Source: the human T2T-CHM13v2.0 reference genome, Homo sapiens
DNA length: 64,000 bases
Reading direction: 5' to 3' (one strand)
Assembly (NCBI RefSeq): GCF_009914755.1
Contig: NC_060931.1
Under the pieces are notes generated by a model. The model was not told where the DNA came from, searched no databases, and saw only the letters and a program-made list of their open reading frames with translations. Position numbers and translations under genes: made by a program. Positions 29,112 to 41,328 of the stretch are shown here, in pieces (position 1 is the first letter of the stretch; every line of letters starts with the position of its first letter).

Positions 29112-31071
29112 TGTTACCTACATTTAAGGTTCCTCAAAAAGCAGCAATAATTGTATCTTATGTAATTATTGTCTAAATTTCTAATCCTTTGGTGCCGATT
29201 TCTGAAACAATGTTAACAAAAGTAATCAAAGGATGAAATAATATATATTTAATTATTTTTGAGTTGTGTCAGTTCTTATATTAAATAGTGTATTGAATTT
29301 AGGGACTAAAATGTAATTATAACAAAGCAATTCACTCTAAGAACATTTGATTGTTTATAATACTGTAGGGTGTCTAACAGTAGATAGGAGACCTCTGATA
29401 TTTACCATAGAAGTTCCTTTAAAAAAAAAAACTCATAAGTAATACGGTTTATGGAAAAATTCATTTTGTTTATGGAATGGTAGTGCGAAATAGAACTTGT
29501 ATTTTAGAAATGCTTTAAAGATCTTGAATGAGATATACTCTCTCAGGTTCTTAAACATAAGAATCAGAATATGAAAGGCATGTTTTATTTTCTAGATTTT
29601 CCTTCTCTCGCCATTTGACTAATTCTTATAGTAAAAGTAGGGGAAGTGAATGAAGTGAACATCAACCATCCCATGCTAGGTTTGTTTATCTTACTTTTGG
29701 AAAACAATGATAATGATTCTGTGTAGGGCTGTGGTTTTTAAATTGCTTGTCTGCTAATTATAAGAAAAGCCAAGATATTGAAATTTGTGTAGTGCTAATT
29801 ACTCATCCCTTTCTTTCCCACTGCAATTTACAGTGTGTCTTCAGGGTGTCAGTCACTGATTTGGAGCTTCTGCCTCTGCTTCTTCTCAGCAATTAGGTCT
29901 CATCTTCAACTAATGGAATTGAGTGACGTTTAGCTAGTAATATGGGGAATCTGTCTTCAGCTCTGCTTCATTAGAAGTTGGTGCGAGGCCTTGAAAAAGG
30001 TTTCCTGTTTGTTGCTAAGACAATGTGATTTGAACTTACTCTAATACCCCTTTTTTTGAGTCATTTTTGTCTCACTGTCTTCTTACTGCTTGCCCCACAT
30101 GATTCTTTGACCATCTTCATCCCCAAATCTGAATTTTGCCTTAAGCAAGATGTGCAAAAAGTACTTGGTTTTACTTCTAAAGCTGATGTGGTTTATAACT
30201 TACTCATTTCCTCTCCCCACTTCACTCCTACAGTAGGTTTTGCTGCTTTTATTGTTGTCACCAGTATTTCTATGTGGTAATGATCCTTGAATCTTATTTT
30301 GCTGATCATCAATCTGTGGAAGAGAAAGACTGTTAAAAGAGGCCTCTTAACTCGCACTTTCAGAAAGATGGAATTAGATGGACTTTTCCCTTTTTGTCCT
30401 GAGTACAGCTAAAAACTGTGAACATTATATGAAAAGCATAGGAAGATACTGAACAGTGGAGAGAAGAAGGCAGACAGACTGAGGACCTTGAGACCTGATG
30501 AATGGCACAGTGCTGGCATCTCTGAGCTTTCCGTTTCTCTCATTTAGCTTGCACTGGGTGTTGAGAAGCTAACAGTCCAGTTGCCAGTGGGCACAGACAA
30601 GAAAAGCACCCCCAAACCCTCCCCTTCCTCCCAAAGGACCACAAAGGAGGCAGCTTAGAATGACAGAAAACTTTTAGACAATAACCACTCTGCTATAGCC
30701 AAATACTACCGAAGAAAACTGTGGCCATATTCACAAACCCCCAAGCAAAGGCTGAGCAGGGAGCTTAGACTTTCAGCGTGACCCCCATCAGAATGGTAAG
30801 AAAGAAGGATGGGTGTGGGGCCAAGGCTTGTGTCTCCTCGGTGTGGTCACGCGTTCCCTCTCACGGTATTGGAGAGAGCACCTGAGGCGCCTGAACTTCC
30901 ACCTTACCTGGTGCTGTCAGGGTGTCCCTTGTCCTCCCCACTGGGGTGATATCAGAAGAGGCCTAGTGGAGAATCAGGATTTTCCCATCTTCTCAGTGGT
31001 GACAAGGGCCCTCCTCACTCAGAGTGTCAGTGGAGGCGTATAAGGAGCAGTCACAGAACCCTCTGCACCTC

Positions 31072-31450
31072 TATCTCAGCTCAGGCTGCTATAGTAAAAC
31101 ACCACAAATACTGGGGCTTAGACAGCGGACGTCTATTTCCTCACAGTTCTGGAGGCTAAAAGTTCAAGGTCAAGGTGCTGGCCAGCTCATTTCTTGGTGA
31201 GGGCTTTCTTCCTGGCTTGTAAACAACCACCTTCTCGCTGTGTCCTCACATGGCAGGTAGAGAGAGAGAACAAACTCTCTGGTGTCTCTTCTTATAAGGG
31301 AACCAGTTTCATCATAAGTGCCCTGTGCTCATAACCTCATCTAACCCTAATTAGTTCCCAAATGTCCTATCTCTAAATGCCATCTCATTAGAGTTTAAGG
31401 CTTCAAAATACGAATCAGTTGGGGAGGACACAAAGGATCAGTCTATAATA
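31072..31450 (-). mobile_element. MLT1A-type LTR
   Basis: ctcacagttctggaggct…gtgtcctcacatggc; 5-bp TSD ACCTC. Confidence 0.88.
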
Positions 31451-33960
31451 ACCTCCTACCCAGGAGAGACATCAGCAGAGAGGCCCAGGGGACGCTGGAG
31501 CTTTCACCCAAACCTGGGAGGAACAAGGAATCAACTTCCCACTCCCAGGTGTCAAGAGAGGCCAAGTGGGGCTCCTGGATGTCCACCTGCCACCTGGCAG
31601 AAATGAAGGGCGGCACTTCTCTTGGATTCCTACTAGTGCAGTGTCAGAAGAGGCCTGATAAAATAGAAGGCTAAAGTAACATACACAATCTCATAACATG
31701 ATATCCCCTAATGTCCAGGTTTCTAGTGAAAATCATTGATCATAACAAGAACCAAGAATATCTCAACTTGAATGAGGAAAGACAAGAAACACCCACAACA
31801 AGATGATACAGATGTTAGAGATGTCCGACCAGCATTTTAAAGCCAGTCATAAAAATGCAATCAATGAGGAATTACAAACATGCTGGAAATAGAAAGAAAA
31901 AAGAGGCCATTTCATCAAAGCAATCGAAAGTCTCAGCAAAGAAATAGAAGAGATAATAGAGTACTGAATGGAAATTTTAGAACTAGAAAATTTAATAAAT
32001 TCAATTAATCTTGATGATGTACTCAACAGCAGAATGGAGAGGACAGGGAAAAGAATCCGTGAACTTGAAGATAAAAAAAATAGAAAATACTTGATCTGAA
32101 CAACAGAGAAAACAGACTAAACAAACAAACCTCAGAGCCTCAGAGATTTCTGGGACTACAATAAAAGATTTCATGTTTGTATAGTCAGTATCCAAGAAGA
32201 AGAGAAAGAGGGTAGAGTTGAAGAATTATTCAAAGAAATAATGGTTAAAGATTTCCTGAATATGGCATTTTAAAATATGGCAAATTCGTTGAAGAATTGT
32301 TCAAAGAAATAATGGTTAAAGATTTCCTGAATATGGCATTTTAAAACACATAACCTTTCAAGAAGCCGAGAGAATCCCAAGATCAAAGAAATGCACATCA
32401 AGAAACATAGTAGTTAAACTTCTAGAACTAAGGACAAAGAAAAAAAATTCTAAATGCAGCCAGAGAAAACAGTACCTGACATATAGGGGGAAACAATTTG
32501 AATGTCATCAGATCTCTCATCAGAAATTGTAGTGACCACAAGAAGGTGGCAAACATTTTTCACTTACTGAAAGACAAGAACTGTCAACTGCTAATTTTAA
32601 AGCTGGTGAAACTATCCTTCAGGAATGAAGGGGAAATTCAGACATTCTCAAATGAAGGGAAAACTAAAGGAATGTGTTTCTATAATACCTACCCTTAAAG
32701 AACAGGTAAAGGAAGCACTCCATAAACGATTTTTTATTTTTATTAAGATGAGAGTTATCTTGGGACATCAAGAAAGAAAAAAGAACAGAAAAAGCAGAAA
32801 TATAGATAAATAGACTTTTCTTTTCCTTTTGAGTTGTCTAAATTATGTTTGTTGGTTGATGTAAAAAGTATAACATTGTCAAATGTAGTTCACAGTGATA
32901 TAGAGGAGATGTTTATGACAGTCATACTTGGTGTAGGATAAGGGACTTAAAGAATGGTAAGGTTTTTATACTTAAACTGGTAAACGTTGATACTAACACA
33001 CCATAAGCCTTGTGGATATAATGCAATAATTAAAGCAACCACTAAAAAGCTATCCAGAGAGACACAAAAATGCCATAGGTATGTCAAAATAGAATTTCAA
33101 TAAAATGTTCAAGTAACAGAAAAGCAAAAAAGAAATCAGGGAAACAAGAAAACAGAGAACACCCACAACAAACAAACAAAAATGGTGAACTTAAGCCCCA
33201 GAATGCCCATAATTATAGTAAGTGTAAATGGTTTAAATACACCAATGAAAATGTAGAGACAATAGAGAAAAGTCGATTCATCTATACTTTTGCACTTTTT
33301 GTTCTTTCTTCTTTCCTTCCAGATGACCCCAAATACCTCCCACCTTTTTTCCCCTTATTTCTATTTTTTTGGTGTGCTTCCGTCAGCTATTCCTTAAAGG
33401 TGGGTATTATAGGAACCCATTCTCTTAGTTTTTCTTCACTGATAGGAGATTGGTAGAGTAAAGAAAAAAAATGTGGAGAGCGGACATCTTGTGGCTGTGT
33501 CGTGCGCGTGAGCCCCATAGGGCTGGGGAGGAACCAGTTGCCGCGCAGGGAGGAGGCTGAGGCTATCTACGTAGAAAATTCCAAGGAATCTATTTAAAAA
33601 AAACTCAGAATAAGTTCAGTAAGATCAACATACAAAAATCAATCACATTTCTATACAGTAGCAGTAAGCGTGGAAATTGACAGAGAATACAATACTGTTT
33701 AAAATTGCTTTAAAAAACACTTAGGTATAAATCCAACAGAACATATACAGCACTTGATGTTGAAAACTACAAAATACCGATGACAGAAATCAAAGTGCTA
33801 AATTTGTGGCCAACATGCCGTGTTCAACATGTCCATGTCTATAAAAAGTGGACTATGTGTCTATAAAAAGTGAATTTTTCCCAAATTGATGTATAGGTTT
33901 AATGTAATTCATATCAAAATCGTAGCAAGACTTTGTGTAGGTACAGAAAAGATTGTTCTA

Positions 33961-34123
33961 GTTGGGAGTGGTAGCACGTGCCTGTAGTCCCAGCTACTTG
34001 GGACCGTGGGGCAGGTGGATTGCTTGATTCCAGGATTTGGGGTTGTAGTGAGCTATGATCGTGCTACAGTGCCCTAGCTTGGGTGATAGAGCGAGACCCT
34101 GTCTCAAAAAAACCCAAAAATAT
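33961..34123 (+). mobile_element. FRAM/FAM Alu monomer
   Basis: Single right-type monomer; TSD aaaagatt(g/a)ttcta. Confidence 0.85.
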
Positions 34124-35552
34124 AAAAGATTATTCTAAAATTTATGTGGTTAAGCAAAGGAGCTGGAATAGGTGAACAGTTTTGGAAAAGACGGATAAGG
34201 TACAAAGGATCACTCTATTCAATCTGAATTCTTACAATATAGGTAATGTAATAAAAACTGTGATATTGTTGTAGGGATAGACACATGAATCAATGGAACA
34301 GAATGGGGAACATAGAAATAGGCCCACATAAGTACAGCCAAGAGATTTTTGACAAAAGCATAAAAGCAATTCAATGGAGGAAGAATAGTCTTTTCAACAA
34401 ATGCTGCTAGAGTGGTTGGACGTGCATAAGCAAAAAAAAAAAAAAAAAAAAAGAAAAAAGAAAAATTGTATCTTGACCTACACCCTAATCTTTATATAAA
34501 AATTTACTTAAAGTGTGTTGGATTAAGTGTGAAATGTAAAACTGTTAAACTTTCAGAAGAATAAACCTCTGGGGTTTAGAACTTAGTGAAGTGTTCTTAG
34601 ACATGACACCAGAGACACAGTCCATAAATGTAAAAATTCAATAAGTTGGAATTCATTAAAATTTAAAACATCTGCTCTGCAAGGGGATGAAAAGACAAAC
34701 CATAGACTGTAATAAACTATTTCTAAGCTACATATTTGAGAAAGTGGCCATATTTGGAATACATAAAGATTTCTCAAAATTCTACAATTAAAAAAATCTA
34801 ATGCTAAAATGGGCAAAAGACGAGACATTTTACTATTGTACGTTTTCTTGTGGGAGCAAAGTAAATCTTTTTAAAAAGCAACTGTGTCTTTTTCAACTCA
34901 CTTCTTGGAAGTGATGATGGAAGTGTGTATTCGTGGCTCCTGCAGAGGTTTTAGCTGGACTTTCCATACTGGACATGAATAAGCACCCCTCTCCCCCTCC
35001 ACATTAGGGCCGGATAGCATTCACCACTCTCACCTGCTTAGTCTTCTGCCCCAAACTGCTTCATTCATACCTGCTTCTGGAACATTTTCTCGTACACTGA
35101 CTCCAGCACAGAGGCTGTTCTTTCTAAGTTCTCCCTGAATTAGCAGTGATGAGATGCCTCATGACCCGAGAAACCTGGCCTTGGCTGTTCCCCATGTTGG
35201 ACTAGTATTGGAGATCACATAGTTTATTGTTTCACTTGTCATTGACTAGAAAATAAATTAGAAAGATGGTTCAAGTTCAGCATTTTTACTCATGGTACTC
35301 CTTGACTTCTGCCTGTTTTGCAAAAGAGGGTCTGTAGATGACAAAAACATGAAAAAGACATTCAGTGGAAATGCAGATTGAAACCAAAATAAGAGATCAC
35401 TAGCTATTAGAACAGCTAAAATAAAAAGTAGTGACAGTACCAAATACTCAGGAAGATGCAAAGAAATTGGATGTTTCATGCGTTGCTGGTGGAGATATAA
35501 ATTGGTGCATCTAGAAAATATTGGAAAATAGTAGTTTCTTTAAAAAGTAAAT

Positions 35553-35588
35553 GCGAGACTCTGTCTCAAAAAAAAAAAAAAAAAAAAA
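35553..35588 (+). mobile_element. Alu 3' tip plus A21 (extreme 5' truncation)
   Basis: gcgagactctgtctc followed by 21 A inside the L1. Confidence 0.8.
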
Positions 35589-37932
35589 TGTATGCCGACG
35601 ATACGACTTAGTTCTCCTGAACGTTTGTCCCAGAGAAATGAAAACCTGTGTCTACACAAAATATGCTTCTGGACATTCTAGAAGCTTTCATTGTAATGGC
35701 CACAAATTGGAAATAACCCACGTATTTTTCAATGAGTGAATAATTTTACAAATTATGGTGCATTCATGTCATAGAACACTACTCTGCATCATAAAGGAGT
35801 GAGCCGTTAATAATGTAACACTTGGGTGAATGAGTCTGAGGGGAATTACACTGAAAAAAAGCCTGACTTGAAAGGTCACATGTTGTATGATTACATTTAT
35901 GTAACATTCTCAAAATGAGAAAATTATATAGTTGAACTAACTAGTGGATGCCAGGTTGGGATGAATGGGAGGATTAGATGTGTCTATTAGAGTAGCAAGA
36001 GGGAGGTGTGTATGGTGATGGCAGTTTTGTGGCTGGACTGTAGTGGTGGTGAAGTCAGCTACACATGTGATAAAGTGACAGAGCTATACTCACACATTGC
36101 ACTAATTTCAATTTCCTGATTTTTCAATGCATTGTATTTCCTTAAGCAGTATCCATTAAGAGAATCAGGGTAAAGGGCGCCTGATTTTCTCTGTTCTATT
36201 TTTCCAATTTCCTATGAATCTATAATTATTTCAAAGTAAAATACTGTTTTTTTCCTTGAAAAAGGAGACTTCTCCAATGTCCTTCAAAAATATCTGTCGT
36301 TGGCTTCCCAAGACGTGTGAATTTGTTGTTGTTTTATTGTGTTTTTGTTTTGTGTTTGTTGGCATCAACCAATATTTTCTTTATTTTATTTCTGCACATT
36401 TTACTTTTGTTTTTCATCTTTTTATTTCAATAACTTTTGGAGTACAAATGGCTTTTGGTTACATGGATGAATTGTATGGTGGTGAAGTCTGAGATTTTAG
36501 TGTACCCATCACCTGAGTATTGTACATTGCACCCAGTTTGTCGTTTTTTCTTCCTCCCCTTTCTGAGTTCCCATAGTCCATTATATTGCACTGTATGCCT
36601 TTGCGTATCCACAGCTTTGCTTCCACTTATAAGTGAGAACATATGGTATTTAGTTTTCTATTCCTGAGTTACTTCACTTGGAATAATGGCCTTCAGCTCC
36701 ATTCAAGTTTCCGCCAAAGACGTTATTTTGTTCTTTTTTTTATGGATGAGTAGTATTCTATGGTGTATATATACCATTTTTTCTTTATCTACTCATTGTT
36801 TGATGCCACATTTTCTTTATCCACGCATTGTTCGATGGGCACTTAGGATGAGGATCCATGCCAATATCGATTTTTTTTTTTTTTACTTTTTAATAATGGC
36901 CATTCTTGCAGGAGTAAGGTGGCATCTCACTGTAGTTTTAATTTGCATTTCCCTGATGATTAGTGATGTTAAGTATGTCTCTTGTATATCTTCTTTTGAG
37001 AAATGTCTATTTATGTCCTTTGTCCACTGTTTGATGATGATATTTGTGGTTTTCTTACTGATTAGTTTGAGTTCCTTGTGTTTTCTGGATATCAGTGCTT
37101 TGCTGGATTCATAGTTTGCAAATACTTTCCCCCATTCTGTAGGTTGTCTGTTTACTCTTGATGATTGTTTCTTTTGCTGTACAGAAGCTTTTTAGTTTAA
37201 TTAGATCCCATTTATTTATTTTCATTTTTGTTGCATTTGCTTTTGAGGTCTCAGTCATGAATTCTTTTCCTAGGCCAATGTCCAAAAGAGTTTATCCTAG
37301 GATATCTAATAGAGTTTTATGGTTTCAGGTCTTAGATTTAAGTCTTTCACCATCTTGAGTTGATTTTTGAATAAGGTAAGAGACAGGGATTCAGTTTCAT
37401 TCTTCTACATGTGGCTAGCCACTTTTCTCAATACCATTTATTAAATAGAGTATGCTTTCCCCAATTTATGTTTTTGCGTGCTTTGTCAAAGATCAGTTGA
37501 TTTTAAGTATTTGGCTTTATTTCTAGGCTCTCTACTCTGTTTCATTGGTCTATGTGTCTACTTTTGTATCAGTACCATGCTGTTTTGGTAACTGTAGTTT
37601 TGTAGTATAATTTGAAGTCTGGCAATGTGATGCTTCCAGATTTGTTCTTTTTGCTTAGGATTGCTTTGGGTCTTAGGGCTCTGTTTTGTATCCATATGAA
37701 TTTTAGTATTTTTTTTTCTAATTCCGTTAAAAATGATATAGGTATTTTGATAGGAATTGCATGCAATCTGTAGATTGTTTTGGATAGTATGGTCATTTTC
37801 ATGATACTGATTCTTTCAATCCATGAGCATGGGATGTGTTTCCATTTATTTGTCATCTATGATTTTTTTCAGCAGTGGTTTGTAGTTCTCTGAAGAGATT
37901 TTTCACCTGCTTGGTTAAGTATATTCCTAGTG

Positions 37933-38010
37933 ATTTTATTTTATTTTATTTTATTTTATTTTATTTTATTTTATTTTATTTTATTTTATTTTATTTTTTA
38001 TTTTATTTTT
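37933..38010. repeat. (ATTTT)13 plus degenerate units
   Basis: Read directly. Confidence 0.97.
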
Positions 38011-38837
38011 GCAGCTTTTGTAAAAGGGATTGAGTTCATGATTTGAGTCTCAGTTTGGTGGTTGTTGGCATGTAGCAATGCTACTGATTGGTATACATTG
38101 ATTTTTGTGAACTGAAACTTTACTAAATTCATTTATCGAATCAAGTAGTCCTTTAGAGGAGTCTTTAGGGTTTTCTAGTTATGTGACCATGGCATTGGCA
38201 GACAGCAATAATTTGACTCTCTCTTTTCCAATTTGGGTGCCCTTTAATTTTTTTTTTATCTTGCCTGATTCCTCTGGCTAGGACTTCCAGTACTGTGTTG
38301 AATAGAAGTGGTGAAAGTGGTCATCCTTGACCTATTTCAGTTCTCAGGGAGAATACTTGCAGCTTTGTGCCATTCATGATGCAACTGTCATGATGTTGGA
38401 TGTGGGTTTGCCACAGATGGCTTTTATTTTGAGGTAAGTCCCATCTATGCCTAGTTTGTTGAGGGTTTTTATAATAAAGGGATGCTAGATTTTATCGAAT
38501 GTCTTTTCTGCATCTATTGAAATGATTATATGGTTTTTGTTTTTAATTCTTTTTATGTGATATATCACATTTATTGATTCATGTATGTTAAACCTCCCTG
38601 CATTTCTGGAATGAAACCCACTTGAGCATGGTTATTATATTTTGATGTGCTGTTGGATTCAATTAGTTCATATTTTGTTGAGGATTTTTGCATCTATATT
38701 CATCAAGGATATTGGTCTGTAGTTTTATTTTTTGTTGCTGTTATGTCTTTCCTGGCTTGGTACCAGGGTGATACTGGCTTCACAGATGAGTTAGGGAGGA
38801 TTCCCTCTTTCTCAGTCTTTTGGAATAGTTTCAGTAG

Positions 38838-39203
<366 letters not shown>

Positions 39204-40451
39204 AGCAACTTTTTTTTAAATTACTCATTCAGTCTCACTGCTTGTTACTGGTCTGTTTAGAGTTTCTGTTTCTTCTTGATTTAATCAAGGAGGGTTATAT
39301 GTTTCCAGGAATTTATTCATTTCCTCCAGATTTTCTAATTTGTGTGCACAAAGGTGTTCATAGTAGTATCAAATGATCTTTTGTATTTCTGTGCTGTCAG
39401 TTGTAATGTCTCTAGTTTTATTACTAATTGAGTTTATTTGAATCTTTTCTTCTCTTGGTTAGTCTAGCTAATGGTCTATCAACTTTGTCTTTTCAAAGAA
39501 CAAGATTTTTGTTTCATTGATATTTTGTTTTTGTTTTTTGTTTCAATTTTATTTCATTTTGCTCTGGATCTTTGTTATTTATTTTCTTCTGCTAGCTTTG
39601 GGTTTAGTTTGTTCTTGTTTCTCTAGTTCCTTGAGATATGACATTAGATTGTCAATTTATGATCTTTCAGAATTTTTTGTGGAGGCACTTTATGCTATAA
39701 ACTTTTCTCTTAGCATTGCTTTTGCTGTATCCAAGAAGTTTTGATAACTTGTGTCACTGTTATTTATTTCAAAGAATTTTTAAATTTCCATCTTGATTTC
39801 ATTGTCAATTCAAAAATCATTCCAGGAGCAGGTTGTTTAATTTACATGTGTTTGTAGTTTTCAAGGTTCCTTTTGTAGTTCATTTCTCATTTTATTCTAT
39901 TCTGATCAGAGAAAATACTTGAAGTGATTTTGATTTTTAAAACATTTATCGAGACTTGTTTTGTAATCCATTATACGGTCTATCTTGGAGACTGTTCCAT
40001 ATGCTGATGAGAAGAATGTGTATCTGCAGTTCTTGGGTAGAATGTTCTGTAAATATCTGTTAGGTCCATTTGTTCTACAGGAGTTTAAGTCCATTGTTTG
40101 TTCGTTGACTTTCTCTCTTGATTGTCTGTCTGGTGCTGTCAGTGGGGAGCTGAAGGCCCCCCCTATTATCGTGTTTCTGTTTATCTCATCTCTTAGGTCT
40201 AATAGTAAATGTTTCATGAATCTGTGAGCTCTAGTGTTAAATGCATAGAAACTTAGGATTGTAATTCTTCTTGTTGGATTCATCCTCTTATCATTACATA
40301 ATGACCTTTTGTGTCTCTTTTTTTCTTTACTGTTGTTGCTTTAAAGTCTGTTTTATGTGATATAAGAATAGCTACTTCTGCTCACTTTTGATTTCTATTT
40401 GCATGGAATATCTTTTTCCATCCCCTTACCTTGAGTTTTTATGAATCCTCA

Positions 40452-41328
40452 TGTATTAGTCTCATTGCTATAAAGAAATACCTGAGACTGAGTAATTTAT
40501 TTTTTTTTAAAAAGAGGTTTAGATAGCTCATGGTACTGTAGGTTGTACAGGAAGCGTGATGCTGCTCAGCTTCTGGGGAGGCCTCAGGAAACTTACAGTC
40601 ATGGCAGAAGGCAAAGAGGAGCAGGCACATCTTACATGACAGGAACAGGAGCAAGAGAGAATGAGAGGGGAGATGCCACACACTTTAAAATGACCAGATC
40701 TCACGAGAACTCACTCACTATCACAAGGACAGTACCAGGAGGGGTGGCACTAAACCATTCATGAGAAACCCACCTCCAAGGTCCAGTTACCTCCCACCAG
40801 GCCCTCCATACCTCCAAGGTCCAGTTACCTCCCACCAGGCCCTCCATACCTCCAAGGTCCAGTTACCTCCCACCAGGCCCTCCATACCTCCAAGGTCCAG
40901 TTACCTCCCACCAGGCCCTCCATACCTCCAAGGTCCAGTTACCTCCCACCAGGCCCTCCATACCTCCAAGGTCCAGTTACCTCCCACCAGGCCCTCCATA
41001 CCTCCAAGGTCCAGTTACCTCCCACCAGGCCCTCCATACCTCCAAGGTCCAGTTACCTCCCACCAGGCCCTCCATACCTCCAAGGTCCAGTTACCTCCCA
41101 CCAGGCCCTCCATACCTCCAAGGTCCAGTTACCTCCCACCAGGCCCTCCATACCTCCAAGGTCCAGTTACCTCCCACCAGGCCCTCCATACCTCCAAGGT
41201 CCAGTTACCTCCCACCAGGCCCTCCATACCTCCAAGGTCCAGTTACCTCCCACCAGGCCCTCCATTCAACATTGGAAATTACAGTTTGAAACGAGATTTG
41301 GGCAGGGGCACATATCCAAACTCTATTA
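40452..41328 (-). mobile_element. MSTA LTR expanded by an internal VNTR
   Basis: tgtattagtc…ttgctataaagaaatacctgagac…atccaaactctatta; TSD CCT(C/T)A. Confidence 0.9.
40772..41265 (+). repeat. 38-bp minisatellite, 13 copies
   Basis: Unit ACCTCCAAGGTCCAGTTACCTCCCACCAGGCCCTCCAT; 494 bp = 13 x 38. Confidence 0.98.

Larger units (their letters stand above)
30345..36250 (+). mobile_element. Old L1M (MC/MD-type) with 5' region and ORF1, extensively rearranged
   Basis: 5' acttcagaaagatgga; ORF1 remnant (…KLSFRNEGEIQTFSNEGK…); RT-downstream tacgtagaaaattccaaggaatc; 3' end acatgtgataaagtgacagagct. Confidence 0.85.

Noticed and set aside
40772-41265. CRISPR-like array
   Set aside because: Units are head-to-tail with no unique spacers, in primate LTR context
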